DNA of 64,000 nucleotides from Clostridia bacterium (GCA_050950825.1 JBMNIH010000001.1:32001-96000), one strand, 5' to 3'; counted from the first letter of the stretch, positions 1 to 10,687 are shown. Notes: a model not told the origin generated them from the sequence alone. Numbers and translations are program-made.

Positions 1-118
1 TATGACCAGCTACTATCAGCTACTAAGCACTATTAACAATTTTCAATATATCGAAAAATGAAGTAAATTACAAGAGCGTTTTTCCGTATTCCGCCTTTTG
101 ATATCATGTACCGGTGTT

Positions 119-676
119 TTATGCTTCATGCTTAATAAATTCCTTTACATAGGTAGCCCCGGATATGACGGTTATAATCAATGCGGCTACCCATGCGATT
201 CCGGATAAACTTTGTATAAAATCCCAAGGGAAATAGGACATGCATACCGCTATCATTTGGATGACGGTCTTGAGCTTCCCCCAGTTGTTGGCTGCAATTA
301 CATAGCCGGCGGATGCGGCAATGGTACGGATACCGGTAACGGCAAATTCTCGAGTCAATATGAGAAAGCAAATCCAGCCGGACAGCTCTCTCGTAGCCAC
401 TAATGCAATCATGGCTGCAGAAATCAGCAATTTATCCGCTAAAGGGTCTAAGAATTTTCCCGTATTGGTGATGGTATTCTGTCTTCGCGCAATATGTCCG
501 TCCAACAAATCGGTTACGGATGCAAGTATGAAAATGATTAATGCAACCGTTTTACCCCATTGAGCAAAAAACTCGGCCAATCCGCCTTTTAACAGCGCCA
601 CAGGAGGCAGCGCAAACAACAGAAAAAAAGGTATTAAAACGATCCTTGCCAATGTCAATTTGTTTGCTGTGTTCAT
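119..676 (-). CDS. pgsA: CDP-diacylglycerol--glycerol-3-phosphate 3-phosphatidyltransferase
   Basis: ANKLTLAR start and CDP-alcohol phosphotransferase motif TDLLDGHIAR...GKFLDPLADKLL; follows rimO with a 4-bp overlap. Confidence 0.95.
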   Translation of the reverse strand: MNTANKLTLARIVLIPFFLLFALPPVALLKGGLAEFFAQWGKTVALIIFILASVTDLLDGHIARRQNTITNTGKFLDPLADKLLISAAMIALVATRELSGWICFLILTREFAVTGIRTIAASAGYVIAANNWGKLKTVIQMIAVCMSYFPWDFIQSLSGIAWVAALIITVISGATYVKEFIKHEA

Positions 677-2007
677 GGTACCACTTCTCCAATATAGTCG
701 GCTTGCTGAGCATTGAGTATCTTTACTCGAACAATGTTGCCCTTATCCACCGGTTCTTCGCTTGCAAAGTATACGACGGTGTCGATTTCCGGCGCTTGGA
801 ATTTTGTTCTTCCTTGGTAGAAGATGCCGTCGTCGGATACGCCGTCACACATCACCTCGAAGGTTTTTCCAATGCTGTTTTCCGCTCTTTTCGCCAGTTT
901 CTCGGTAACGGCTTCGTATAATGCTGCGAATCGGCGTTCTATTGTGTCCTCGTCCACTTGGTCGGGCATCTCGGCCGCCTTCGTTCCTTCCTGCGGCGAG
1001 AATTTGAAGATTCCTGCAAAATCCACAAGATCGCTTTGCACGAATTCCAGCATTCTTTGAAAATGTTCTTCCGTTTCACCCGGAAATCCGGTAATCAAAG
1101 AAGTCCTTATATATATATCCGGATACAAGGATCTTGCCGTTTTGATCTTTTCCGTGATAAACCTCATGTCTTCCTTGCGGTTCATTTTTTCACGAATATC
1201 GTCGCAAACATGCTGTATCGGAATATCCATATACCGAACCACATTCGGAAGACGGTAAATATCAAACAATTCGTCGTATAAAAACTCGGGGTACGTATAA
1301 AGGATTCTTACCCAAACGGAAGAATCCAAACGCGCTACCGATGTTACCAATTCATGAAGCTTACGCGATTTGAAAATATCGATTCCGTAATTAGCCGTAT
1401 CTTGTGCTATCAAGATCAGCTCTTTTTTCCCTAGTCGGATTACCTCTTCGCATTCTTTTATGATATCTTCCGGTTTGCGGCTCTTGTATCCTCCCCTTAA
1501 CTTGGGAATTATACAAAACGTACAGTTATTACTGCATCCTTCCGCAATTTTAATGTATTCATAAGGCAGGCTCGGGTCAATGATTCTTTTTTTATTCAAA
1601 TAGTCAATGTCGAATCCGCCCCCGATGTATGAAACATATTCTTTTTTATAGGAATCTCGAATGGCTTTGGAAATATTGAGACAATTGGCGGTATCGACGA
1701 TGGCGTCTACCTCCGGCAGTTCTTTGAAAACTTCTCTTCCGTAGCGCTTGGACATACACCCTGCGACAATTATTTTTTCGACTCCCTGTTCTTTCAGTTG
1801 TCCTGCCTGAATGACGGTTTGTATGGATTCTTCCAACGCATCGTTGATAAATGCACAAGTGTTTATAACGATCACTTGGGCGTCTTCTACCCTGTTCGTA
1901 ACATCGAATCCGTTCTCAACCAAATCATTCAGCATAATTTCCGAATCAACGGTATTTTTCGGACATCCGAGGGTAATAAAAGCGACTTTCTTTTTTCTAT
2001 CGATCAT
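673..2007 (-). CDS. rimO: Ribosomal protein S12 methylthiotransferase
   Basis: LGCPKNTVDSE, NTCAFI, radical SAM KIAEGCSNNCTFC, C-terminal TRAM with APEID. Confidence 0.95.
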   Translation of the reverse strand: MIDRKKKVAFITLGCPKNTVDSEIMLNDLVENGFDVTNRVEDAQVIVINTCAFINDALEESIQTVIQAGQLKEQGVEKIIVAGCMSKRYGREVFKELPEVDAIVDTANCLNISKAIRDSYKKEYVSYIGGGFDIDYLNKKRIIDPSLPYEYIKIAEGCSNNCTFCIIPKLRGGYKSRKPEDIIKECEEVIRLGKKELILIAQDTANYGIDIFKSRKLHELVTSVARLDSSVWVRILYTYPEFLYDELFDIYRLPNVVRYMDIPIQHVCDDIREKMNRKEDMRFITEKIKTARSLYPDIYIRTSLITGFPGETEEHFQRMLEFVQSDLVDFAGIFKFSPQEGTKAAEMPDQVDEDTIERRFAALYEAVTEKLAKRAENSIGKTFEVMCDGVSDDGIFYQGRTKFQAPEIDTVVYFASEEPVDKGNIVRVKILNAQQADYIGEVVP

Positions 2008-2301
2008 ATACGGTTAATGTTTATTCCTTTCCCAAAAAACAATTTCGTAAATCTAAAATCATTACATTTAAAAATCCGATTCTCTACAGTTTGCAAATTT
2101 TCTTCTCCGTTTGATAACTCTTATGATACATGAAATATGCCAAAATGACAACAAAATTATACCGGTTCGGCGGTGTCGGTTTTTTCTTTACAATCCGCCT
2201 GAATTCATTTAATATATAGGAAACGAACATCTTTTAAAGGCGATTTATATATTTTATCCGTTGCCGCACGACGGCAACGATTTGAGGTGTGGTGTAACGT
2301 A

Positions 2302-3324
2302 ATGAATTTAAGCAGATTTATTGTGACCTTAACTATAATTATCGGAATATTTTTATTTGTTGTGGGTTCGGGGGTTCTCTATTACATAAACAATGTTGAT
2401 CTTCCCGTTTTCTATGAAGAGCCCGACAACGACCCTAATAACGGCAATAACGACGACAAGCCGAATCCGAATACCAACCCGGGACTTAGCGATCTTTTGG
2501 ACAAAAAGCAGTACCCGGTTAACTTCTTGCTTTTTGTCGGGGACTACGACCAAACCAATACGGACTTTATCGCCCTTGTAAATTACAACCCGGAAAAATC
2601 GGAGTTTTCCGTACTGAGCATCCCGAGAGACACGAGAGTTCCCGGAGTCGCCATCAGTTTTCCTAAAGTCAATTCACTTTACGCCCGCCCGAACGGGCAA
2701 GAATTGGCCGTAAAATCCATTGCCAATATGCTGAAGGTCAACGTCAAATACTTTGTTTACATCAACTTGTCCACATTCAGACAGGTTATTGATCTTTTAG
2801 GCGGTGTGGATATCGATGTTCCGGTGGATTTAAAATACGACGACCCTACACAAAATTTACATATTAATATCCCGAAAGGGCGTCATCATATGGACGGTAA
2901 AATGGCGGAAGAATACTTGCGTTTTCGAAAGCCCAACAACAACGAATACACTTCGGAATTACTTAAATATTACGACGGATCCGATTTAAGCCGAATCAAG
3001 GTACAGCAAAACTTTGTAAAGGAACTGATCAAGCAAAAGGCCAATATCGTAGGGTTTGCGAAAATAAGCCAAATTGTGGAAACGATTTTTGACAATGTAC
3101 AGACCAACGCAACGATGAGCGATGTTTTGAATTTGGCGAAAGGCTTGCCTACCGTCAGCTTGGATAAGGTAAACTTCTTCGTACTGCCCGGTACGGCGGA
3201 AGCCGACAGTATTTATTACGAAATGAACGAAGCAAAAACGGCGGAAATCATATCCGAATACTTCTATTCGAGAGGCAACGTATCCTTCGGAGAAGAAGAT
3301 CCTACGGAACAAGGGGCAGGCTAA
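2302..3324 (+). CDS. LCP (LytR-CpsA-Psr) family cell-wall glycopolymer transferase
   Basis: N-terminal TM, low-complexity linker, SIPRDTRV, LLGGVDIDVP, D..RIKVQQ; ATG at 2302 preferred to GTG at 2287. Confidence 0.9.
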   Translation: MNLSRFIVTLTIIIGIFLFVVGSGVLYYINNVDLPVFYEEPDNDPNNGNNDDKPNPNTNPGLSDLLDKKQYPVNFLLFVGDYDQTNTDFIALVNYNPEKSEFSVLSIPRDTRVPGVAISFPKVNSLYARPNGQELAVKSIANMLKVNVKYFVYINLSTFRQVIDLLGGVDIDVPVDLKYDDPTQNLHINIPKGRHHMDGKMAEEYLRFRKPNNNEYTSELLKYYDGSDLSRIKVQQNFVKELIKQKANIVGFAKISQIVETIFDNVQTNATMSDVLNLAKGLPTVSLDKVNFFVLPGTAEADSIYYEMNEAKTAEIISEYFYSRGNVSFGEEDPTEQGAG

Positions 3325-3356
3325 GGATTCATTTCTTTAAGGAAATAATAAAGACT

Positions 3357-3392
3357 AAAAAAACAGCGGTTTTTATTGAAACCGCTGTTTTC
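3357..3392. terminator. Bidirectional intrinsic terminator
   Basis: AAAACAGCGGTTT...AAACCGCTGTTTT stem between convergent genes. Confidence 0.85.
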
Positions 3393-3427
3393 ATATTCAC
3401 TTCATTTTTTTCTTGATCTTTATCCTA

Positions 3428-3976
3428 TCAGGTACCGAAATACCGTAGGTTGCAGCCGTCCATCGCCGCAGAAAGCATTTCGTTTCGAAACTTATGGGTA
3501 AGGATAACGATGTAATAGATGCAGCCTAACCCGCCGACAAATATAAATACGGATAACAAAACGACGCTTGCATTTAAACCTCTCGGATTATCCAAATTGC
3601 CGATTAATAATCCTCCTCCGAGAACCGTCAAAATCGCCCCTGCCGCCAGCAAAAAAAGGCTGAGGATAATTAGCCGCGTTAATCTTTGCGAGTACAATTG
3701 GCGAGACAAAACACCTTTTTGAAGAGCCTCCCGTATGAGCCGCCCGGCACCTTTTAAACGTCTTCTTCCGTATACTTGGTGGAGACGGTAGAAAAACCGG
3801 AAACGTTCGGCCATCTCCTCCGGTTCCGTTAAGTTGTTTTCAATACGGCTCATGCTATGACCTTGCTCCATCCTGCTATCCACATACATTTTAAAGTATT
3901 CGTCCACCATGCCGTGGATCGTATCGGGCAAGTCGCTTAACTTCTCTTTAATTGCCTCTATGTAGTCTCTTGGCAT
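3428..3976 (-). CDS. DUF1700/HAAS-like membrane protein
   Basis: N-terminal helical segment (YIEAIKEKLSDLP...LTEPEEMA) followed by two TM helices. Confidence 0.5.
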   Translation of the reverse strand: MPRDYIEAIKEKLSDLPDTIHGMVDEYFKMYVDSRMEQGHSMSRIENNLTEPEEMAERFRFFYRLHQVYGRRRLKGAGRLIREALQKGVLSRQLYSQRLTRLIILSLFLLAAGAILTVLGGGLLIGNLDNPRGLNASVVLLSVFIFVGGLGCIYYIVILTHKFRNEMLSAAMDGCNLRYFGT

Positions 3977-4030
3977 TTCGGTCCCTCCCTAGAGTTCTAA
4001 GAGGTCAAATGCTCAAAAGTCATTCGTCTT

Positions 4031-5332
4031 TTAAACCGCATTCGACACTCTTTGTCCTTCCAAAATTTTTTCGATACTCGCTAGCTTAACACAAGTACAG
4101 AGGACTTCAATGGCCATTTTCAAATCCTTTACGGGAGGCAAAGTAGGTGCAATTCGGATATTTCTGTCCTTTTCGTCCTTTCCGTATGGGAATGTTGCAC
4201 CGGCATTGGTAAATTCCACACCTACGCTCTTAGCCAATTCCACGGTTTTCTTTGCACATCCTTCCATAGTGTCAAAGCTAATGAAATATCCGCCCCTCGG
4301 ATTCGTCCATTCGGCGATTCCTAAGCTTCCCAATTCCTTTTCCAATATCTCAATAACGGCTTTGAATTTCGGTCTCAAAATCTCCGCTTGATGTTCCATA
4401 TGAACCAATATGTCATCGAAACTCTTAAAAGCTCTCAGATGAAGCAATTGGATCATTTTATTCGGGCCGATGGTTTGCTTGGACAGCATTTTTGCGTAAG
4501 AGCGAATATTGTTTTCACTGGACGCCATTAAAGCCACACCGGACCCCGGGTATGATATTTTTGATGTGGATGAGAAGACAAATACACGGTCTTCATTTCC
4601 CGCTTTTTTACACTCATCCAAAATATTCACGTTCATTTTATCATATTTTTCTAAAAAATGCACCGGATATGCGTTATCGCAAAAGATTCTGAAATCCGGA
4701 GCGGCGGTTTTCATCCAAGCAATTCTTCTTAAATTATCGTCGGAGCATATCGAACCTGTCGGATTGCTGTAAACCGGCATGAACCACATTCCTTTTACGG
4801 AAGGATCGTCTCTTACCAAGTCTTCCACTTGATCCATGTCCGGTCCGTTATCGGTCATATCCACTTTGATTAAATCAAAACCCAAAAGCTCCGTAATGGC
4901 AAAATGGCGGTCATACCCGGGAGACGGACACAAAAACTTCACCTGTTTGCCGGTGCCCCAAGGAGGGTTCTTGTCGTCGGCACCGAATACAACCAATTTC
5001 ATCATGACATCGAACATCATATTCAAACTGGAGCTGCCGCCTGCAATCACTCTTTCTTCCGTCGCACAAACCAAGGGTGCCAACAGCTTACGAAGTCCTC
5101 GGATCCCGTACAATTCTCCGTAATTCCTACAGTCAACGCCGTATTCGTCGGTACTGTCCGTATATATGTCAACGTTCTTAAACAGCTCGGTTGTCAAGTC
5201 CAGCTGTTCTTTGCACGGTTTCCCTCTTGTCATGTTCAAGCTTAAACTCATTTTCTTATACGCATCCAATTGTTGCAAGAGCTCATCTCTCATGTTGCAA
5301 AGCTGCGAATTACTCATCTTACATAATAGCAT
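4031..5332 (-). CDS. PLP-dependent aminotransferase class I/II (aspartate aminotransferase-like)
   Basis: LNMTRGKP, PGYDRHF, YSNPTG, DNAY, STSKIS (PLP Lys), IRIAPT. Confidence 0.9.
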   Translation of the reverse strand: MLLCKMSNSQLCNMRDELLQQLDAYKKMSLSLNMTRGKPCKEQLDLTTELFKNVDIYTDSTDEYGVDCRNYGELYGIRGLRKLLAPLVCATEERVIAGGSSSLNMMFDVMMKLVVFGADDKNPPWGTGKQVKFLCPSPGYDRHFAITELLGFDLIKVDMTDNGPDMDQVEDLVRDDPSVKGMWFMPVYSNPTGSICSDDNLRRIAWMKTAAPDFRIFCDNAYPVHFLEKYDKMNVNILDECKKAGNEDRVFVFSSTSKISYPGSGVALMASSENNIRSYAKMLSKQTIGPNKMIQLLHLRAFKSFDDILVHMEHQAEILRPKFKAVIEILEKELGSLGIAEWTNPRGGYFISFDTMEGCAKKTVELAKSVGVEFTNAGATFPYGKDEKDRNIRIAPTLPPVKDLKMAIEVLCTCVKLASIEKILEGQRVSNAV

Positions 5333-5481
5333 TGATCATTCCTCCGTATAATCGCTATATTCAATCATAATAATTATTATACGAGAAAAAATCAATACGT
5401 TGCGACAATTTTTTAATTTGTTTTAAAGAGATTTTTGCAATTCGTAAATTTCAAATTGCTAAAAATGAAAAACGTTCATGA

Positions 5482-6255
5482 TTAAATATAGTTTTTTACG
5501 AAGAGCTTTCTATGAATCGGACAAATTCCGTATTTTTGAATCGCCGCAATGTGTTCGGCAGTACCGTATCCCTTGTGATTTTCAAAACCGTAGCAGGGAT
5601 ACTCTTCCGCATAGCGGCACATGATGCGGTCTCTCGTCACTTTAGCGACGATAGAAGCGGCAGCGATGGATACGCTTAAAGCATCCCCCTTTACAATCGG
5701 TTTTTGAACCGGTGTACAATCCGGTATTTCCACCGCGTCTGTCAAAAGATAATCAGGCAGTATTTTTAAATTCTCGACCGCTTTTTTCATCGCCATTTTG
5801 GCGGCATTTAAAATGTTGATTTCATCGATCGTTTCATGGTCTACAATACCGATACCGATGTCCTCGGCACATTCCATAATCATATCGTAGACCTTTTCTC
5901 GCGATTTTTCGGTTAATTTTTTCGAGTCGTTAACGTTAGGAATGAATGTATCTCTTTTTAGAACAACACAAGCGGCGACCACGGGACCCGCTAAAGGCCC
6001 TCTTCCGGCTTCATCCACACCGCCGATTCTTCTATAGCCCAAAGCGTATCCCTCGTACTCAAATCGGGACATGATTTTTAGTCGTTCTTTTTCGGCCTTA
6101 TATTTTTCATAAAGGTTTTGATATTTCTTCTTTAAAGCATCCAAATTCAAGTCGTAAAGCTTGCTTTGGGCTTCTATGTAATCAAGGGCTTCTTCTAAGC
6201 CCATTGCGGAAGCGGTTTTTTCGATTATGCTTTTCGTCGGTTTTGCACCGTTCAC
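5482..6255 (-). CDS. rnhB: Ribonuclease HII
   Basis: GVDEAGRGPLAGPV, DSKKL, KGDA..SIAAASIVAKVTRD, HKGYGT. Confidence 0.97.
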   Translation of the reverse strand: MNGAKPTKSIIEKTASAMGLEEALDYIEAQSKLYDLNLDALKKKYQNLYEKYKAEKERLKIMSRFEYEGYALGYRRIGGVDEAGRGPLAGPVVAACVVLKRDTFIPNVNDSKKLTEKSREKVYDMIMECAEDIGIGIVDHETIDEINILNAAKMAMKKAVENLKILPDYLLTDAVEIPDCTPVQKPIVKGDALSVSIAAASIVAKVTRDRIMCRYAEEYPCYGFENHKGYGTAEHIAAIQKYGICPIHRKLFVKNYI

Positions 6256-7118
6256 AAGGCATCACCTCTGTCTTCGGGCATTTCCAATGTAATCTTTCCG
6301 AACCGTCCGGCTCGAAAATCATCCAATACCATTTTCGATACCCGATCGTAATCCGGCTCTCCGCCTTTTTTCAAGCATCCTTTTGCGGCGGCAATTAAAT
6401 CCGGCAAATGAACGTTTTGATTTCGATCGAATTCGAGGTTGTATCGTCGGGAAACGGCGTTCGGGTACATACGCCCCAAACGACGAAGCAATTCGCAGGA
6501 AATTTCATACAAGTCCAAAATATCATCGGATATGGCACCGGTAAAAGCCAGATTAACGGCCGTTTCCTCGTCTTCGAATTTTGGCCATAAAATACCGGGG
6601 GTATCGAGAATCATCATTTCACGATTCGCTCGTACCCATTGCTTCCCCTTCGTTATACCGGGTTTGTTTCCGGTTTTTGTTGCCGCATTTTTGGCTACAC
6701 GATTGATAAATGTTGATTTTCCGGTATTGGGTATTCCCGTTACCATGACTTTGATAAGACGAAAAACCCGGCCTTTTTGTAAATCTTTTTGAAGAACAGG
6801 TTCCACGGTTTTTTTTATGAGATTAAAAAGCTCTTGGATCCCTTTTCCGGTTTTACAGTCGATGAATTCGCTCGGAATCCCTTGTTCTTGGAAATATTTC
6901 TTCCACAAGGCGCTTTTCTCAGGGTCCGCCAAATCCGATTTGTTAAATGCGATTATGCGTGGTTTTTTCGATAGCAACACATCAAAATCCGGATTGATGC
7001 TGCTTTTGGGAATCCGGGCATCCGCCATCTCCACAACAACATCAACCAAGCTTAAATTCTCCTGAAGCAATCGCTTGGTTTTGGCCATATGCCCGGGATA
7101 CCATTGTATTTGTTTCAT
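6252..7118 (-). CDS. ylqF: Ribosome biogenesis GTPase YlqF/RbgA
   Basis: IQWYPGHMAK, NKSDL, GIPNTGKS, DTPGILWPK. Confidence 0.97.
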   Translation of the reverse strand: MKQIQWYPGHMAKTKRLLQENLSLVDVVVEMADARIPKSSINPDFDVLLSKKPRIIAFNKSDLADPEKSALWKKYFQEQGIPSEFIDCKTGKGIQELFNLIKKTVEPVLQKDLQKGRVFRLIKVMVTGIPNTGKSTFINRVAKNAATKTGNKPGITKGKQWVRANREMMILDTPGILWPKFEDEETAVNLAFTGAISDDILDLYEISCELLRRLGRMYPNAVSRRYNLEFDRNQNVHLPDLIAAAKGCLKKGGEPDYDRVSKMVLDDFRAGRFGKITLEMPEDRGDAL

Positions 7119-7162
7119 TTTAACTTTCTCCTTTGTAACATTATTTCGAAAAATAGAAACGA

Positions 7163-7798
7163 TTATTCCAATTTTCCTATAACGTCAAAGGGCCAGATCC
7201 GAAACACGGCCTTTCCTTTTACCGCACTAACGGGAAGCGGACCGAGTTCCCTGCTGTCTCTGCTGTTGACCCGGTTGTCTCCTAATACAATGATTTCCCC
7301 TACTTTTACTTTATACGGGAAGGTGATGGCATCGGTTCGAATGTACGTGGCTCCCTGTTGAAGCAAGTAATCTTCTTCGATTTTCTCTCCGTTTATATAT
7401 ACATAACCCTCTTTAATATCGATTACATCGCCTTCAACGGCAATTACACGTTTTATATAGTCCACTTCTTTGATGAATGTAGGCAGCACTTTTTTGGCAA
7501 AGTCCGACTTGTTTAAAAACTTAAAGAATGCAAACTTTCCTTGGTTAATTTCTACTACGACAATATCTCCTTTTTCGGGAGAGCGAAAAAAGGAACCAAG
7601 TTTGTACAGTATCAATTTTTCACCGGTAAAAAGAGTAGGCTCCATGGAAGGACCGTCCACTAAAACCGGTTCGAATATAAAACCCCGAATAAGCAAAGCA
7701 ATAACGATAGCCGCTAAAATGGCTTTGATCCATTGCCAAACTTCATTAAGGACACTTGTTTCTTTATTCTGGTTTAATTTGTCTTGAATTTCGTCCAT
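7163..7798 (-). CDS. lepB: Signal peptidase I
   Basis: GPSMEPTL, YIKRVIA, GDNRVNSRDSR; start moved to the ATG at 7798 (or 7804) after an AGAGG RBS. Confidence 0.95.
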   Translation of the reverse strand: MDEIQDKLNQNKETSVLNEVWQWIKAILAAIVIALLIRGFIFEPVLVDGPSMEPTLFTGEKLILYKLGSFFRSPEKGDIVVVEINQGKFAFFKFLNKSDFAKKVLPTFIKEVDYIKRVIAVEGDVIDIKEGYVYINGEKIEEDYLLQQGATYIRTDAITFPYKVKVGEIIVLGDNRVNSRDSRELGPLPVSAVKGKAVFRIWPFDVIGKLE

Positions 7799-7813
7799 TT
7801 TCATCCTCTTACT

Positions 7814-7843
7814 AAAAACAAAGGGACTCAATTGTCCCTTTGT
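7814..7843 (-). terminator. Intrinsic terminator after rplS
   Basis: ACAAAGGGAC...GTCCCTTTGT stem with a T tract on the minus strand. Confidence 0.7.
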
Positions 7844-7863
7844 CTGTCGGATCATACCGTATT

Positions 7864-8253
7864 TTACTCTTCAACCGTTTCCGTTGCGGTTGTAACGTTC
7901 GCCGTGTCATAAACCATTCTTTCGGCAACCTTTGAAGCTTTACCGACACGGTCTCTTAAATAATACAGCTTCGCTCTGCGAACCTTACCTTTACGAACGA
8001 CTTCGATTTTGCTGATTTTCGGCGAATTGATCGGGAATGTCTTTTCTACGCCTACACCGTAAGACATTCTACGAACTTTGAAGGTTTCGGTTAAACCTTG
8101 CCCTTTTCTGGCAATAACGGTTCCGTCGAAAACCTGAATTCTTTCTCTGTTACCTTCTTTGATTGTTAAGTAAACCTTAACGAAATCACCGATATCCATT
8201 TGCGGTAAGTCCGTTCTGATTTGATCCTGTTCAACTAATTTAATTAAGTCCAA
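7864..8253 (-). CDS. rplS: 50S ribosomal protein L19
   Basis: [30 protein letters not shown]; TTG start after GGAGG. Confidence 0.98.
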   Translation of the reverse strand: MDLIKLVEQDQIRTDLPQMDIGDFVKVYLTIKEGNRERIQVFDGTVIARKGQGLTETFKVRRMSYGVGVEKTFPINSPKISKIEVVRKGKVRRAKLYYLRDRVGKASKVAERMVYDTANVTTATETVEE

Positions 8254-8272
8254 TGTTCCTTCCTCCTATATT

Positions 8273-8316
8273 GGCACGTTCATATATTCTGCGCACGCAA
8301 ATACAGCGGAACGCCC
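8273..8316 (-). ncRNA. L19 leader (ribosomal protein autoregulatory RNA)
   Basis: Minus strand GGGCGTTCCGCTGTATT...AATATATGAACGTGCC between promoter and RBS of rplS; matches the GUUCCGCUG...AUGAAC pattern as recalled. Confidence 0.7.
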
Positions 8317-8328
8317 ATAATGAATTGT

Positions 8329-8357
8329 ATTATAGCATATGTTTTTTCGTATGTAAA
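8329..8357 (-). promoter_or_regulatory. SigA promoter of the rplS operon
   Basis: TTTACA-17 nt-TATAAT with extended TG. Confidence 0.75.
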
Positions 8358-8908
8358 CCGGATTTTTTGCTCTTTTGCTTAAACAATCGATGTTTTCCAA
8401 AGAGTTCATCCGTTTTCTTTCATATTTTACTTCCTATTAACATTTATTCTGTAAACATTATGATACAATAAAAGTAACGAATGTTCCTTTGCCCTATCTA
8501 TTTTAGGATGCCGATTGCTCGCTGTCAAGGAAGCGAAGGAATTTTTCTAGAAAAACGTAACCAATCGGAGAAATCTTTCGAGAACGAAAAATCCAAAGCG
8601 TGTGGTAACAGATACGGAAATCCCGCTTAATTTCAGAAAGTTCCGACGTAATCATGACAGGAGTATAGAAAATTTGGATTTACGGCAGGGAAAATATGTA
8701 TATAAAAATATATGGAACGCGTTTAGGTGAGAATAAGTATGATATTCGGAGATCCGATGTATAGAAAAGTGTGTAAGGTTGAATTTACTTGATCAATCAT
8801 GTATCATTTTACTTCGTACGCAACAACCAAAAATGAATGTTCATATAAAGAGATAATTTTAGAAATACATAAAACGGTTGTTAATTCAATTTTTGTGTGG
8901 AGGAGTGT

Positions 8909-10579
8909 ATGTCATCTATGATGGAGACTTTGCTGGGATTTGCCGGTGGGTTGGCTTTGTTCATCTATGGAATGAATCAGATGGGCGACGGTTTAAAAAA
9001 GGTTGCCGGCGAAAAAATGAGAAAGATTCTGGAGGTTCTTACAACAAATCCTCTGATGGGTGTTTTTGTAGGGACGGTGGCAACCGCCATCATGCAAAGC
9101 AGTAGTGCTACAACGGTAATGGTGGTAGGCTTTGTCAGCGCACAGCTGATGACCTTGCCGCAAGCCATCAGCGTCATTATCGGTGCCAATATCGGTACGA
9201 CCGTAACGGCTCAAATTATCGCTTTTAATATCGGCGATTACGCCTATTTATTCGCCGCTGTCGGTTTTTTTCTTTCCTTTGCAAGTAAAAAACGAGTTGT
9301 AAAAAACATCGGGCAAACCGTGTTTTCTTTCGGTGTTCTTTTTATAGGGCTCAATATTATGTCGGCAGCCATGAAGCCTTTGGCTTCGAATCCGTTATTT
9401 ACAAATATACTGGTTAGAATAAAAAACCGGCCGATTTTAGGATTGCTGACCGGTACGGTCGTTACGTTGATTGCCCAAAGCAGTAGTGCCACCATCGGTG
9501 TTCTGCAAGGTTTGGCCTCTACTCCCATGGAAGGCGGTGCCGCTTTAATCTCGCTGCAGCAAGCCATTCCTATTTTATTAGGGTGCAACATCGGTACAAC
9601 CATTACGGCAATCTTTGCTTCCATAGGGGCAACGAAAAATGCAAAAAGAACAGCCGTAGCACACACGGTTTTTAATTTGTCCGGTTCCATCGTCTTTATG
9701 TTTATCATACCTATTTTTGCCGTCATCGTTAAAAAAATATCTCCTTCCGGTATTGAACATATGATTGTATCCAGACAAATCGCCAATGCGCATACATTGT
9801 TTAACATTCTTAACACTGTCATATGGATTCCCCTTCTGGGTTTATTAACAAAAATCGTTCGACTGATCATTCCCGGAGAAGACAAGATGCTTGTTGCAAA
9901 GAGAACCTTGTACTTGGATAAAAACGTTTTAAACAACCCCGCCATTGCCATGGAGCTTGCGGCGAAAGAGCTTGCCCGTATGGCCGAAATCGCTTTGGAT
10001 GCCGTGAAAATATCGAGAGAAGCCTACCTAAACAAAGATGAAAGCTTATCCGAAAAAACATTCGAATTGGAAGAAGCAACGGACTTAATACAAGTGGAGG
10101 TTGTCAACTATTTATCTACAATGCTGTCCATGGGAACTTTAAACCACAAGCAATCGGTACGGTTAGCGGGTCTGATGCACGTGGCCGGCGACATCGAACG
10201 CATCGGCGATTATTGCGAGAATATTGCGGAAGCGGCTATCGTAAGGAAAAATGAAAAAGTCGCCTTTTCGGAAGAGGCCGAAAAAGAAATTAACCAAACC
10301 TTTGATCTATTGACCGAAATGCTAAGCAACACCATCGCCGCCCTAAGAGATGATAATATGGATATGGCCAAGAAGGTAACCGACGAAGAAGAGCAAGTGA
10401 ACAACATTGAAGCCGTATTAAGAGAACGGCATATGGATAGACTGAATCGAGGGCTGTGCGATCCGAATGCCGGTATCTCCTATATTGAACTGGTGCACAA
10501 TCTTGAAAAAATCGGTGACCACTGTACCAATATTGCGGAAGCCATTATTCAATATAACTTGGAAGGCAACCTGGCTTAA
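8909..10579 (+). CDS. Na+/Pi cotransporter family protein with C-terminal PhoU domains
   Basis: Two QSSSAT / G(A/C)NIGTT repeats; PhoU motifs DIERIGD and LEKIGDH; ATG at 8909 after GGAGG. Confidence 0.93.
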   Translation: MSSMMETLLGFAGGLALFIYGMNQMGDGLKKVAGEKMRKILEVLTTNPLMGVFVGTVATAIMQSSSATTVMVVGFVSAQLMTLPQAISVIIGANIGTTVTAQIIAFNIGDYAYLFAAVGFFLSFASKKRVVKNIGQTVFSFGVLFIGLNIMSAAMKPLASNPLFTNILVRIKNRPILGLLTGTVVTLIAQSSSATIGVLQGLASTPMEGGAALISLQQAIPILLGCNIGTTITAIFASIGATKNAKRTAVAHTVFNLSGSIVFMFIIPIFAVIVKKISPSGIEHMIVSRQIANAHTLFNILNTVIWIPLLGLLTKIVRLIIPGEDKMLVAKRTLYLDKNVLNNPAIAMELAAKELARMAEIALDAVKISREAYLNKDESLSEKTFELEEATDLIQVEVVNYLSTMLSMGTLNHKQSVRLAGLMHVAGDIERIGDYCENIAEAAIVRKNEKVAFSEEAEKEINQTFDLLTEMLSNTIAALRDDNMDMAKKVTDEEEQVNNIEAVLRERHMDRLNRGLCDPNAGISYIELVHNLEKIGDHCTNIAEAIIQYNLEGNLA

Positions 10580-10605
10580 AAAGTGAGAAAATATTAAGAG
10601 CAAAC

Positions 10606-10643
10606 AATAAATAAAAGGAAGCGCAAGCTTCCCTTTATTATTT
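10606..10643. terminator. Bidirectional terminator
   Basis: GGAAGC-gcaa-GCTTCC stem with A/T flanks between convergent genes. Confidence 0.7.
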
Positions 10644-10687
10644 AAATGATAAATGATTACGTTTTTCTATTCGAATTCCAATTCCCT

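Noticed and set aside
2419-2484. Asn/Asp/Pro-rich repeat-like DNA in the LCP gene
   Set aside because: Ordinary low-complexity linker after the TM helix
9244-9951. 235-aa antisense ORF (likewise 57502-58200 and 10653-11252)
   Set aside because: Antisense to well-supported genes
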